Of a stretch of 64,000 bases of DNA, positions 26,059-40,028 are shown in pieces (position 1 is the stretch's first letter; each line of letters begins with the position of its first letter). The notes beneath the pieces are model-generated. The model did not search any database. It saw only the letters and a program-made list of their open reading frames with translations, and was not told where the DNA came from. The DNA comes from Chrysomallon squamiferum (lineage: Eukaryota > Animalia > Mollusca). The translations under genes were made by a program, and so were the position numbers. The stretch spans positions 27,466,001 through 27,530,000 of the forward strand of contig CM022671.1 in NCBI GenBank assembly GCA_012295275.1, given 5' to 3'.

Positions 26059-26903
26059 GTTGGATAAAATAGAAACCGCACCTTGTAAAATATCCTGGAT
26101 ACGCACCTACGTCATTTTATTGGATCTTGTTTCATTGCCAGCCTGTTTGTGACCATTTAATATGTTCAAGAACGTGGCTGTATTAATATATCTGAATATA
26201 ACGATGTAATCTGTATACTTCAATTCCACGAAAGTGATGAACCTTTAAGTGTAATGTTGAAATCAGATCTGTTATTACAGACTTTATATTGGTTGGTCGT
26301 AAATTATCGTCCAAAATGACAGCTTAATGGACGTGAATCAAATTGTCCTGCGCTAACCCACTGGGACGTATAAAATAATAAAACCGATAAAATAGTTATT
26401 AGTTACCGCCGGTTTCGTTTTATTAATTTTTTACGATTGTTCTTGTTTAACGAGAAAAAATAGTTGAATAAGTACAAAACTAGGACGTCATATTATTAAT
26501 AATAACAATAATAATTGCAGCTGCAATACTCTCAAGCTTAACCTCGCAGGATATCAGCTAGACGTTTCTTAATTTTAACGAACCACGTCTAATATCAAAG
26601 TATTTGTCGTAATAATATTTACGTTAGGCGATCACTTCCGAACATCGAGGTTAGTAGAGCGAAATTTCTAATCGGACAATTTAATGGATTTAATTTAGAT
26701 CGACTGCTAGGTGTCCCTGACACCAACCAATATTAGACAGTCTGAAATGTAATTTTCTTCTTCTTCTTCTGTAATTCCAAATATGCAAGCACCGTCGTCT
26801 TCTTCAATAGCCTACGGGAAAGAGAAATGAGCTTAAAGCTCTTTAAATTTGCAGCTTATAAATAATGACCAGACTGGAAAAGAATAAGTAATAAATTAAT
26901 AGG

Positions 26904-27004
<101 letters not shown>

Positions 27005-27727
27005 TTTAATTATTTACTATTTTTAGTTTTTATTATATGTAGGTGTTAACGATGCGACTTGGTAGTTCAGTATGATGATAAATTAAAAAAAAAAAAAAAA
27101 AAAGAAGAAATTATCTCAAGTAATAACGCGTTTTAGACATACGCGTTTATCTTTGTACACGCCTCATTTTATGTATGTGTGCATCTGGAGTGAGAAAAAG
27201 AACGAGACAGACAGACAGACAGAAATTCTTATAAAAAAAATGATTTAAAGCTACATATTATCTTTTGTGTGATGTATTCATCCACTTGCTTCCAAATTAA
27301 CCTGTTGCCAGCAGACAACATACAGTAAGTGCAGATAATCCAAATTACATGCGTATTCCAGATTTCTGACTTCGGTCGTCAGGATTCTATTTATTGGCAA
27401 AATTTCTGAAGAAATATATTTTTGCTTGTATCTGAAATAATCATACTGGATGAAAGTTAATCGCAAAGGACTGGATGTCGATAACTTTCATTCCATTGCC
27501 GCAGGGAAATCCACTTTTGAGCATACAGTCACACACACAAAAACCCCGTAAATAAATGAAAGCAATTTTGTTTGTAACCAATGTGCGTTTAACGGAGTTA
27601 TTTGGAAGCTGGCCAATCCAACGATTCTCTAAGCATACGAATACCAGGACGGTGGTATAATGGTGTTTAGTATTAATAATTTATTAATTTGTTTCTTTGC
27701 CTTTCTATTACTGTTAATCAGTTTTAT

Positions 27728-27731
<4 letters not shown>

Positions 27732-27789
<58 letters not shown>
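27732..27789. repeat. (TG)n microsatellite
   Basis: Read directly. Confidence 0.95.
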
Positions 27790-27790
<1 letters not shown>

Positions 27791-29257
27791 CGATGACGTG
27801 AGAAAGAAATCGTGTGCATTTCCAAACGATTAACACCGGATTACCCCATTTTACTTATTATAAAAAGACCCAAACAAACATCACGCTAATACAGAACAAT
27901 ACACCATGGCCTCTAATGAAGGGATAAACCAGTTTTTGAGGAGTAAGTAATCAACAAGGTTAGTATTCAGCCAGTCTGATTTCCCCTTCCCCTTTTTTTC
28001 TATGACATTTCATGGTTGTGTTCTCGCATAAAAATCGGTGAAAGCAGGTGAATTTTTTTCTGGCTGAAAAATCCCAGAACAAAACAGTTATACACATGTA
28101 CTTTTCTAGGAAAGGGCAAACGAGCATTATTTACTGAACGAGGAAATAAATCAGTAAGACATCTAAACGGATGTTTCAAGAATAAATTGCTCAAAGCTTT
28201 CAGTGGACATGTAATGTACTTATAGGTCACCGACTTGTAGTTCTAAACATACTTAATAATAAACAATCTTTTGTTCAGTGTTTCATGTAAGAGAGACAAC
28301 AATTATAGGAGTTTCTATTTTTTTGGTATGGTTTTACATATATTTTTTCTCTTTAGTTTAGAATTTACAAATTAGTTTACGTCTTGTTTATTTTTTGAGC
28401 ATTATTATTATTATTATTATTATTTTTGTTTATATATATATATATATTACTTTTGTGGTGATAGCTGTTTATATTAGTGCTTTTCGGTTGATTTTTGTGG
28501 GGTTTTGTGGTTTGTTTGTTTGTTTGTTGTTGTTGTTTTATGGGTTTTTTTTTTTTTTTTTTTTTTTTTTGGTTAAATATCTCATTGTCTGATTCCTTCC
28601 ACTTGTTTTTGATTCTTAACATTTCTAAAATAGTTACTGCTGGTCACCAAATCCTGTTCATAACAAATATAATCAGTTTCTGTAACAAACATGTTTATTT
28701 TTATATCATTAGTGTAGATAAATTATCTGTATTTATATAACAGTAGTAATGTCAATGAATATGTTTAAAGACAACCATGCAATCATTTACACAAACTCAA
28801 GCACGCTGACAGAGCACGTAATTCGTATACATTTACACACGCATATACACAAATTCATACATTTTTTTAATGTTATCTTTGTTATATCAGCATTATTTAT
28901 ACATCTCATACATTAGTTATACCATCTTCATTTTATACCGTCTTGACCATCATAAGAAAACTTGAACGTGTGGATAGAAGGCATCTCAATGTTGTTTGGA
29001 AATAAATGTACGAGAAATAATGGAATCCAAATCTTCATCCTGATGTTTCATGATAATCTTAAACTTTAAACTGAATGAATACTTTATCTTAATCTTTGTT
29101 TTAGACTAAAATATTTTTTTAAATATTCCATATGACATAAAATTTCACCAGCTGCATAGGCATTTGGAATGTATAAGGATTTAGTAATTACGTAATAACA
29201 TATATAATTTTTTTTTAATAATAATTCTAATGAGAATATATAAGTTAAATTTAATCT

Positions 29258-30436
29258 TTAAATTGTTGATCTGATTTTGCCCCTGTTGTTGACGGTATAG
29301 CCTTTGGTTGTAAATTCAAACACTGCCTCGATGTAATCCAGTGTTAATTTATCTGCCCACGACTGGGACGAGAGATTTTCTACGAATCCGCAATGTCCGC
29401 CTTTATCTGTTGCCACTAGAAGGAAATTTGGATAATACTTAAATATATCGTAGGGAATGCCGCTCTCGGCGTAGAACGGGTCGTCAAGACTGTTGATGCA
29501 CAGAACTGGCACAGATATGTCATCAACGTCTCGAATGGGATTATTTCTCTCCCAGAATTCCTCCATGTTTTCGAATCCATACATCTTGCAGTACACCAGT
29601 TCCTCGTACGTGTGGAAATTCCACGCTTTCAACGCTTTGTTCAGATCCACGACCTGGGAAAGCGCCAAGGCGTGAGAACAGAGAACTGTCTTGAGCTTAA
29701 ACAAAAACAGATAATCGTATATACTGTGCATGGAGTTAGAGAACCGCTCCGAAGCTTCGTAACATGGCGAAACACACGCCCCTACAGAGATCAAAGCAGA
29801 CGACCCGAACTCTCCAAGATACGATATTAGTAAACCGCAGCCCGTACCGTATGCAACAGCAGCCAGTCTGTACTTTTGAAATTTTAATCTAATGTATTTA
29901 ACGGCCTGTCGCAAATCGACCGGGTCTCCAGAACTCTGAAGCTTTGGCGTCGTGAGGACACTTCCGCCGTGTCCCCTTCGGTTGAACACTACTGGTTTAA
30001 ATCCTCGCTGAGCTGCCAGTTGGCACAAGGCACTAGTACTTACAGCATCGCTTGTGATTGCGGGAATAATCAGTAAAATCGTCCTCTTCTTTTTTATTAT
30101 GGGCTGAACGCTCACCATCCAGTCAAGGGCTATAACTCCCTTGTCTCTCATTTGCAAGTATTCCCTCTCGAACGTCACTTCCGCTTTGGGTAAAATGGCG
30201 GAAAGAATCGTCTGCACGTGGGAATTGCTGAGCCAGAACGGAGGACAGAATAATCGTTCTCGCAGGCGACACTTCTTCAGGAGATGACTTGTCAATGTGG
30301 AATCTCGGTAATGAAGTTTGGGCAGACAAAATCTCGTTTTGAAAAAGTCCTGAACACACAGCAACAAACTGAGCAAGATAGATCCGAAAACTGCCATCAA
30401 AAACGATAATCCAAGAATAGCATTCAGTGAAAGCAT
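29258..30436 (-). CDS. ABHD15: Protein ABHD15-like (ABHD1/2/3/15, YheT-type alpha/beta-hydrolase fold), single coding exon, 392 aa
   Basis: N-terminal hydrophobic anchor, then HVQT, FEREYLQMRDKGVIALDW, VVFNRRGHGG, GDPVDLRQAV, AVAYGTGCGLLISYLGEFG (no GxSxG Ser, as in ABHD15), WERNNPIRDVDDISVPVLCINSLDDP and GGHCGF. A splice acceptor TTTACTCTTTTCAG ends at 30547 upstream. Confidence 0.88.
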   Translation of the reverse strand: MLSLNAILGLSFLMAVFGSILLSLLLCVQDFFKTRFCLPKLHYRDSTLTSHLLKKCRLRERLFCPPFWLSNSHVQTILSAILPKAEVTFEREYLQMRDKGVIALDWMVSVQPIIKKKRTILLIIPAITSDAVSTSALCQLAAQRGFKPVVFNRRGHGGSVLTTPKLQSSGDPVDLRQAVKYIRLKFQKYRLAAVAYGTGCGLLISYLGEFGSSALISVGACVSPCYEASERFSNSMHSIYDYLFLFKLKTVLCSHALALSQVVDLNKALKAWNFHTYEELVYCKMYGFENMEEFWERNNPIRDVDDISVPVLCINSLDDPFYAESGIPYDIFKYYPNFLLVATDKGGHCGFVENLSSQSWADKLTLDYIEAVFEFTTKGYTVNNRGKIRSTI

Positions 30437-30546
30437 AACTCTTTTGCTAACGATTTTGAATGTTTTCTTTGGGGTTTCGTCGATTATTTTTTCTTCACAT
30501 CCTGTGTTTAGATGGTGACACTAACCAGAAACCTGTATTTTCATAT
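30437..30546 (-). other. 5' UTR part of the ABHD15 coding exon, containing two uORFs
   Basis: Acceptor at 30547. uORF MKIQVSG* at 30544-30521 and a start-stop ATGTGA at 30500-30495. Confidence 0.55.
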
Positions 30547-30844
30547 CTGAAAAGAGTAAAACAAACAAATTATTCTGTAGGCTACGTTAACTTTTTAATA
30601 TTGTAAATTTTTTTTTTTTTTTTTTCTTCAGATTTAAATGAATGACGATTTACGCCCGAGCAAAGCGAAGAATTGTAGTGAATATTTCGCATAGTTGGCT
30701 ACAGGAGGCGAAAACCTTTGCGACCGCAACCTACCTATTGCCGTATGATTAATGGTTTTGAATTGGTGACGCAGACATCATCATTTTATAAATAATTACA
30801 ACTGTTTTAGGAGAATCTTTTTAATGGAGATTTCTGTAGTTGGT

Positions 30845-30936
<92 letters not shown>

Positions 30937-31180
30937 AAAGTCTACATGCATATTTAAACATATAAATGGAGATATGCACACGAATAGACATTTAATTACA
31001 AAAACATATGGAAAAAATACACGTGTAATTCAGTATATATAAATCTAGAAAGAGAGAGAGATACTTAATGTATATACATGCTGACAGACAAAAATGCAAA
31101 CAACGTACATACATACATAAATACGTATAACGGGACAGTTATATGGTGATTTTGCTGGTAACACAGGCGGAAATGTTTCT

Positions 31181-31245
31181 GTTGGCTCAGCTTGTAGCAC
31201 TAGATTCATTCAAGGAGCATTCTGGATCGAATCCTGTTGCGTACA
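31181..31245 (+). mobile_element. Degenerate tRNA-derived SINE head
   Basis: A-box-like TGGCTCAGCTTGTAG (31183-31197) and B-box-like GGATCGAATCC (31224-31234) at pol III spacing. No full cloverleaf. Confidence 0.45.
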
Positions 31246-33079
31246 TTAATAAACAATACCAAGATAAAATAACACGATGGTTTTATGTTTATTGCTTTAT
31301 CTCAATCAAAAAAACCGATTTGAATATTTCTGTTTTATTCCTTTCTGAACATAGACACTCAAATTGTATCATAATTCAAAATCAAACCGGTGATAAAAAG
31401 ATATAAATACATTACTATTAATAATAATTAAGTGTGTAAGTACGCGTGTGTGTGTGTGTGTGCGCGTGCGTGCGTGCGTGTGTGTGTGTGTGCGTGTCTG
31501 AAGAAAGAAACAGAAACAATGTTACATATTTATTTATATTTATTTGATTACCGTTAGCTTGTCGGAATACCGTAACGTAAATTACTCTTTCACTGTTATT
31601 ATTCTTAATAGAGATCTCCGTGCAGTTATCGTTCTTTATTTGATAATGTTAGAAGCTTCTATTATTCAGGTCAAAGTACTTAAAACGTGAAGTAAAATAA
31701 AAAAAAAAAAGGAAGAAAAAAAAAAAAATTGAAAATCAGCAAAATTAAAAAAGCCAATATAAACGAAAATAATAAACATCCAAACCTCAGAGCTAGCTGA
31801 TTCTGTAACTCACAGGAAAATTAAAAGCGATTGTACGGTGAAGTATCATGAGAAACGTCTTGATTTTGACCTTTCATCGAAACTTGTTTCACATCGTTGC
31901 TTTTTGACTGTTTGTTACGAAACACGGACAGCCCGGCTATGAGACACACACGTTTTGAGGCTGTCACCACGTAGAGGGACTGACTGGATTGTATTTCTCA
32001 ATTACATTAATCAGCAGATCATAAACACCCGCCGACAACAGCCGACATGCTGTTGGGATGGGATATCTATGCAGTTACCAACAACGTGAAAAGAACGTGT
32101 GTAAATAATTTACGTTCATTAATGCGAATGCATGTACTTACCAGCGAATATAATACGACAATCGTTTCGACCTAAAAGCGAAAATAAGGGAGACGATGGA
32201 AACTAACAAAATAAAAACGTTTCAGTTTATTTGGTAACTACAGCGAAAGTCCTGATGTCTGAATTATGAGTAAGTCCTGAAGGTGGTAAAAAATACCATA
32301 TCCATGATGAACGTTTTAGACTTGAGTAAATGGTGAAAATGTAGTTGTTAAAGCGAATTAGGTTCGCTGAAAAATGGTAATTAATCTCGGATGAGAACCG
32401 TTAAAAAAGGATAATAATGCCGACTGTTAAACAACTTTTACTGTCGTTGGTATCTTACTTTATTACACACACACACATACACACGCACGCACGCACGCAC
32501 GCACGCACGCACATGCATACATACATACTATACTACCGTCATACATGCACATTCACTTAAATATACACAAACATAAACACATATGAATACACACGAACAC
32601 ATATACAAACACAATTAAGATGGTTATTATTTATTTTCACCTTCACCAAGAAAACAAAAGAAAAGAAAATAGTACGTATTCTAGACTTTCCCAGTTGCTG
32701 TACAGATATATTTATAACAGAATCCCTTTGTCCAGTTGTAAAAGCTTTAAACACCACAGTTTATTGTGTAATATTTTTTTTTATTACAAAGTGCATGCCA
32801 GTTTCTTTATGCTACGTTTTAAGTATGTTGAGATTACGTCAGTTTATCAGTGTGAACAAGTTACGAAAGAACATTGGAAAACACTTGTGTTATTATTTTG
32901 TTTTGTGTTATCAGTGTTTACTTAAACCCAGCCTGTCATTGAATAATGTATCATGCACTCGAAATAAGGACTCTTCTGAGTTTTGTTATTTTGATACAAT
33001 ATATCAATATCAATACCATTCAGAATTTAAAACTGAAACATATCGTATTTCCCTCCCTCCTCGTTAAGTGTATGTGTGT

Positions 33080-33137
<58 letters not shown>

Positions 33138-33779
33138 AGTAAAATAGATAAACATAAATACAATTATTATAAAAATACATACATACATATACATATATAT
33201 ACACACACACACACACAAATATATGTATATATATATATATAAAAGCATTACATTTAAAGAGAAAAAGGCAAGAAGAAAGCCAAAAGCACACAAAAAGAAA
33301 AAACAACCAAAATAAAAAAAATTATAATACTTTCATTTCAATAGGATTAAGTCTGATATTAATACATTTCTAAATAAAGTCTTTGGCCTTGCCCATTAGC
33401 CAGTATTCTTTGCACACATTGTTAAATTTGTGCATTTCCTGACATTAATATTGTGAAAGACTGAACTTTGACAGTAAAACAAATCTGTTAATTTCGGAAA
33501 TGATGAATCTCAGGTTTTACCAGCATGACACCGTTATTCTTTCAACAGAACCCAGTTTGATTATAAAATTTCATTTCAATGATGAATTAGGTATACCAAC
33601 GACCGTATTCCAGGATATAGGGAAACCTTATGATTTGGTGATCATTTCTGAAAGAAAAAGGCATTACACGTGGATAAAATTTTGAGATTTAATGATGGCT
33701 GTTGGTCTAAGCAGAAAGAGGTTTTTTCAATAGATACAGAATAGATACAAACCGTCGGTATGGTAATATTTAATTATGT

Positions 33780-34400
33780 AATTTTTGATAAAAACAATAT
33801 GTCAGGATAACACTGAGAATTAATAATGTAATTTTGATTTAAAAAAAAAAAAAAAAAAAAAAAATAAGTTCTGATAAAACTTTAAAATCCGGCTTTCAAA
33901 ACAGGATGTTAGGATAAAACTGTAAATTTTTACGATGCACTGGTGATTAAATCATTATGTTAGGAGACTGTATAAACTTTAATTCGAACTTACGACGATC
34001 AAAACAGAGTGCAAGGATAAAACTCTGAGATCAGTTGACGAACTGCTGATCAAAGTAGCAGGTTAGGATAAAAATAAAATTTTACGATGAACTGGTGATC
34101 AAAACAGCATGTTAGAATACTATTGTTAACTTTAATTCGAACTTACGACGATCAAAACAGAATGTTAGGATAAAAAAAAAAAAAAAAAACTCTCAGACTT
34201 GCTAACGAACTGTCGATCAAAATAGTAGGCCAGGATAAAATTAAAACCTTACGATAAAAGCAATGTGTTAGGATCCTGTGTCACACGTTTGATATGATGG
34301 CGATCTGATGACAAAAAACCGTGTGTCTGAGTAAAAAATATTAAGATTTAACGATGTTGCGTCTGGATACAAGCGGTGTGTTAGGATACAGAGCAAACTG
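33780..34400 (+). repeat. Degenerate ~50-bp minisatellite with a ~153-bp higher-order unit
   Basis: The monomer GATCAAAACAG..GTTAGGATAAAA...TTACGA recurs. AACTTTAATTCGAACTTACGACGATCAAAACAGA is exact at 33975 and 34128. Confidence 0.8.
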
Positions 34401-34687
34401 GGATTTGATGATGATTTGTCTGCAGACAGACAATGGGTTTAGTAGTTCTCATTTTCCGTTACTGCGTCGTGGCTGTAAAAACAAGAATAGAGCGGTGTCG
34501 GTGTCGTTGTAAGAGTTCTGTGATTTATTGATAGCAGATCGAGTGTGGAGATTATTGTAAAGACTACTAGCGTCACTCGACGATTAACATATGTGCGAAA
34601 CTAGGAAAAGTTACTGGTTAATGCATGCATACACATCTCTCTATGTATGTGTGTGTGTGTATCTACGTGCGTGCACGTATGTTTGTC

Positions 34688-34773
34688 ATGTATGTATGTA
34701 TGTATGTATGTATGTATGTATGTATGTATGTATGTATGTATGTATGTATGTATGTATGTATGTATGTATGTAT
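34688..34773. repeat. (TATG)n microsatellite
   Basis: Read directly. A second tract at ~34944-34991. Confidence 0.95.
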
Positions 34774-35812
34774 GACTTAATGTACGAATATTCGTAAACG
34801 CAATGGCGGAGGACGAAGTGCAAACAGGACATTAAAAACTCGTCTGATGTCGGTGATGAAACTGGAACGTATGGCATCCATTCGCCCCCACTCCGAAGAC
34901 GAACCACAATACCGTTCAGCCATCTAAAACAATCCAGTGTGTGTATGTATGTATGTATGTATGTATGTATGTATGTATGTATGTATGTATGTGTCTGTCT
35001 CTGTGTATAGTATGAATATTTATGTATAAATGCACGTACATTAAAAAGATTTTTGTTAATTTTATAATTTAAGTAGGCAGGTTTACTTAAAACAAACGAA
35101 AGCTAACATCTCCTTCAGACATCTAAAAAGCCCTTTTACTCCTTGTACACACAGGAACTGTCCGACTATTAGTGGATCAAGAGAGACAATCGGTTAAACA
35201 GAACGTAGATGAACTAAAGGAAATTTGAACTGATTATTTCTACAAAAATTAATAAATCTAGGTTAAGTAAACAGGAGAAAGTATAAGTCAATATTGATAT
35301 AACCAGAATAGCTGATTTAAAAGCAAACGACCCTTAAACGAAGTTATCAAAAATAATTAATTAACAAAACATGAAATTAGATAGAAATCATGACTACATA
35401 TTAAAATAAGCACTAGATTAAATATACATAGTGGCTTCTGTACATTAATTACGTTACTTTTTAGAAACCATTAAAATATTATCCTTAAAGCGTCTCCTTT
35501 TTTACATTTATTTCCAGGATAGTCTTCATTTTATGTTAGTCATCTGGTGATGCTTTCATTTACAAAAATGTACACCGGCGGTTTTTTTTCAAAAAGGAAT
35601 CGCAATTCGTAAAGATGAATACTTTTAATCAGGCTAACCCGTCTTTAAACTATGCTTATAAGAAAAGAAACCGATCTTAAATAATTGAAAAATGATATTC
35701 ATTATGTTTTATTTTCTAAATGTCGTTGTAATGGTAATAATTAAAAAAAAAATAATAATAAATAAATAAATAAATAAATAAACAGCATCAACTTTAAAAG
35801 ATTAAATAATAA

Positions 35813-35860
<48 letters not shown>

Positions 35861-36938
35861 TATAATAATAATAATAATAATAATTAATAAATAAAAAAAT
35901 AAATAAAAATCAGATAAACCAAACAAAATTAACAAGAATACATGCTTAACTTTTATTTCGTTTTGAAAATTGTTATGGTGCGTGCTTGGTAACGTTCTTA
36001 ATTGAAAGGCATGTTGAAATTTACGAGTTTTCATAAACTTCAACGTATTGAGAGTGTCTCGTAATTACGTAATCAACAGAAAAATGAAAGCAGTGGAATT
36101 AAACGTGTAACTTGGCAACGCCAAAGCAATCACCCTTGAATGGTGTTGTCAGTAACAGTCTAATGGCGTTCCTTTACTTTTTACATAGCAACGTCATTCC
36201 ACTTTCGCGACACCTTAGCAACGACCGTTAAGCGTATTTATTTACTTTTAAAACTGTAATATATTAAAATTACTACATAAAATAAATAAATAAATAAATC
36301 AATGTGTTTAAAATAGTATCTTATCGATGACATGGTTAAAGTTTAATTATAAATAATAATACAACTCTTAATCAACCGTTCAATTCTTCTCGCACGAATC
36401 GAAATTTTGAAGAAAAAAACAAAACTATAACGTGTTAGCAGAAGTCAGACATATAAGGATACACCAAATACTACAAAATAGTTATAGAATATTCGCAAGC
36501 TCTTTCTTTATTGTCAGTGCAGAATCACAAGATATTTATGGCAGACTACTGTTCTTTAAATCCCGTTTGGGAATGATCAGTACAGATTAAAAAAAAAAAA
36601 AATAAAAAATAAAAATAAAACGATCATTATTAGTAACAATGCAGTAGTGAAATTTCTTCTTCTTCTTTTCTTTTGTTTTTGTTTTTATTATTATCATTAT
36701 TATTCAGAATTGATTGAAAAGTCGAAATTATCAAGAAAACATAAATTAAATAAATAAATAAATAATATGGAAAAGCAATGTTATTTAACAATGTTTTCAG
36801 TAACATTCTAAATCTACTGTTAAATATCTGAATATGGACTGCAGAAACACAGAGAGAGAGAGAGAAAAAAACGTTAACCCTTTGTGAATGTTAAGGACGG
36901 AGAATTGTGTGAATTGTTAATTCCAAATGAGTAGAGAA

Positions 36939-36969
<31 letters not shown>

Positions 36970-37810
36970 TGTGATGGTTGTCGTTAAGCTTTCATCTTAG
37001 CCATTCTTCATTAACTGGTCGATTGTCTACGTGAGAAACATTAGAAATGAGTATGGATGTCGCCTACCATTAACTAAGAGGAACAGTGATATAGATAATC
37101 TGGTTAAATCGAAGCAGTTACATGTCGCCTCATTTATGTTGCTCGGTTCGTTCAAACAATATCCTTCGTATCGTATATAACAGCATCCATTCCTTATCTC
37201 AGAATTTGTTTTAAACACCTGTATTCAAAATACAAATATGTGTTATTGTGGCTATGTATTAGAATGTACATTGCAAAAATAAATGAATGAATGAATAAAT
37301 AAATAATAATTTAAAAAAAAGAGAAAAAAGAGGAAAGATCGACAATGAACAGTTAACGAAAGGAAAGCCCGTGACGTCACGGTGAATTGTTACACTCACA
37401 AAACCGACATTTCCTGATTGAAAACGCGATCGACTTAGCAGGTAAAGGCACTCAACATTATTCTGTGTCTTTATTTTTTAATCGCATCTCTTTTTATTTG
37501 TTTTCTCTCTCTCGCTCTTTCTCCTATCAACAAAAAAATAATTTATCGAGAAATTTAATTAATATAACATTTTAAATCTTTTTTTTTTTTCTGCTTCATT
37601 ATTTATTAATTCTCCTTCTTCCATTGGACTGTTTGGGTGTTATAAATTTTTGTAATGTTTTCATTGGCTAATGTCATTAGGTTTGACGCAGATCATAAAG
37701 AGAAATGTAAATATCGTTCAGTAATTAAATTTCGCTCAATAACCAGCTTTTGTTTTTCTAAGCTAATGCTTCTCTCCAGATGTATGACATTTATATTAGT
37801 AAAAAAAAAG

Positions 37811-37861
<51 letters not shown>

Positions 37862-39923
37862 GAAGAAGAAAAAAGGAAATTTCCCGTAGAAAGAATAAAA
37901 TTATAATTCTGAGGAGGGAGAAAAAAAAAACAATTCAAAAAAAAAAAAAAAAAAAAAAAAAAAAACGTTCTAGCAAAGATTCCAGTAACCTCGTTTCTTA
38001 ATTAAAATATTTTTTCTTTGTGGTTCTTTTGTTTTTGTTTAGTTTTTATGTGATGACGTGAATATACAAGATTATATATAAATGTTCATATTAGATCACT
38101 AAAAAAAAAAAGGTAAACTAATAAGCTAAGCACACATAAAAGTATTATGTACAAAGGTAAGTTAGTACAGGTAAGGAGCAGCATATTCAAAGAAACGCAT
38201 AGCAACTACAGGTAATTTAGTGACATATACAAAGTGTCAACAATAAATAAAAGTAATTTAATTACATGTACAAAGTTAGATAACTTGTTGGAGTGCCATA
38301 TACAAAGATAAACTAGTTAGCAAGACAAAAAAAACAAAAAAAAAACAAACAAACAAATAACAAAAAATAAATAAATAAATAAAAAACAACAACAAACAAA
38401 CAACATATATATGTACATACATATTACCAATATCGTTATCATCACTGGCGTCGCCATTATCATCATAATCATAATCATCATCGACAATATTGTTGCTTTA
38501 CTGTTATTTGTAGCTGTTGTTTTTGCTTCTCAAGCTGCTGTTATTACTGTTGTTAACATTGGTTCTGTTATGATAACATTATTCCTTGACCGTTTCCATT
38601 TGTCTTTGTCATTTTTGACAATACCGTATTTTTTCAATTAAATGCCTAAGCGTGTTCCATCAGGTTGTATTTTATCACGGAGAGAACAATGCCATCTGTG
38701 GAAATGCGCGGTATTTGTGAAAGAAAATGCTTTAAAGAGTTAGTTCTGCAGACAGTCTGTAAATCTGGATTTTGCTGGATTACGGCGCCTTACGAAACCT
38801 GTTAGCGACCGTCTTACGCTAAACCGTTAATGTTCCTGTCGTGACGTAATTCACTTCCAAAACAGCTCAACAAATCAAAGTTTATCAATGACAAGACGTG
38901 AGAAATATTGATTCCGTGTTATGTAATGAATTAAAAGAGAAGAAGAAGAAGAAGAAGAAGAAGAAGAAGAAGACGAAGAAGAAGAAGAAGAAGACGTTTA
39001 AGAAAAAGAAGAAATTTAAAGATATTCACCGGCATACATACATCTGTAGGTATGAGTCATATTGTTTTATTTTATACTGCGTCTTTATGACACGCTAGTT
39101 CTGAGTAAGGAATATTGCTATTTGTTTTATGTATGTGAAAAGGAAACCAGGTATTTCAATGTAATTATCAGACGGTAATTTCTCATACGCGTTAAACAGG
39201 TGAAACATTACAAAGGAAAAAAACAACAACAACAAAAAACAATGACATAGTAAGATTCATTGATTGTCAACCATTTCATTGATTGTTGAATCTTTTTCTT
39301 CTTGAATTAATTTTTGCCTCGAATATTTTTTATTTTTTATTATTTTTTTTTTTTTTTTTTTTTTTTTTGCAATGAAATTTACTAGAAAGTTATATCCAAT
39401 AACATTAATGACGCTCTCATCTTTCTCAAATACAGCGTATTGTACGGAAAGTTTAAAATTAACGACAACCCTTTCTATGTCTGCATTTCATTACATTTTC
39501 TAAATGTTAATATGATTATTTGATATTGCGTCAAAATGACTACATTTTCGTCTGTTCGGTAAACATTATACTCAAAACTACGTTTTCACATTATCAACGT
39601 CAGTCGATCAGATATCATATGCCCGTTTCCATTAATGAATTGCACTGTTGTTTTAAAAGCTATTGGTTTAATTCTCAGAAGGCCAACGTATACGTACGTT
39701 AATGATCAAACCGAACGCAGCTTGCGAGGGTATTACGTGTTTTAACGATAACGTCATAGTTAATAGCTGTTAGGTGCCTTCAGCCGCATCGGCGAATAGA
39801 TATATGATTTTATAGTTTATCTCTGTTAAAACAGCTTTTGATCTAAGTGTCTCTCTGTCTGTATGTCTTTCTCATTTTCTCTTTCACTATCTCATGTCTC
39901 TCTGTCTGTATGTCTTTCTCATT

Positions 39924-40028
<105 letters not shown>

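Noticed and set aside
26086-26110. AAATATCCTGGATACGCACCT resembling a DNA-transposon end
   Set aside because: No partner inverted repeat was found nearby, and it is too short to support.
31181-31245. Functional tRNA gene
   Set aside because: A- and B-box-like motifs are present, but no acceptor or anticodon stems can be formed. Treated as a SINE head.
33780-34400. CRISPR-like repeat-spacer appearance
   Set aside because: The repeats are degenerate, the intervening sequences are homologous to each other, there are no cas genes and the context is eukaryotic.
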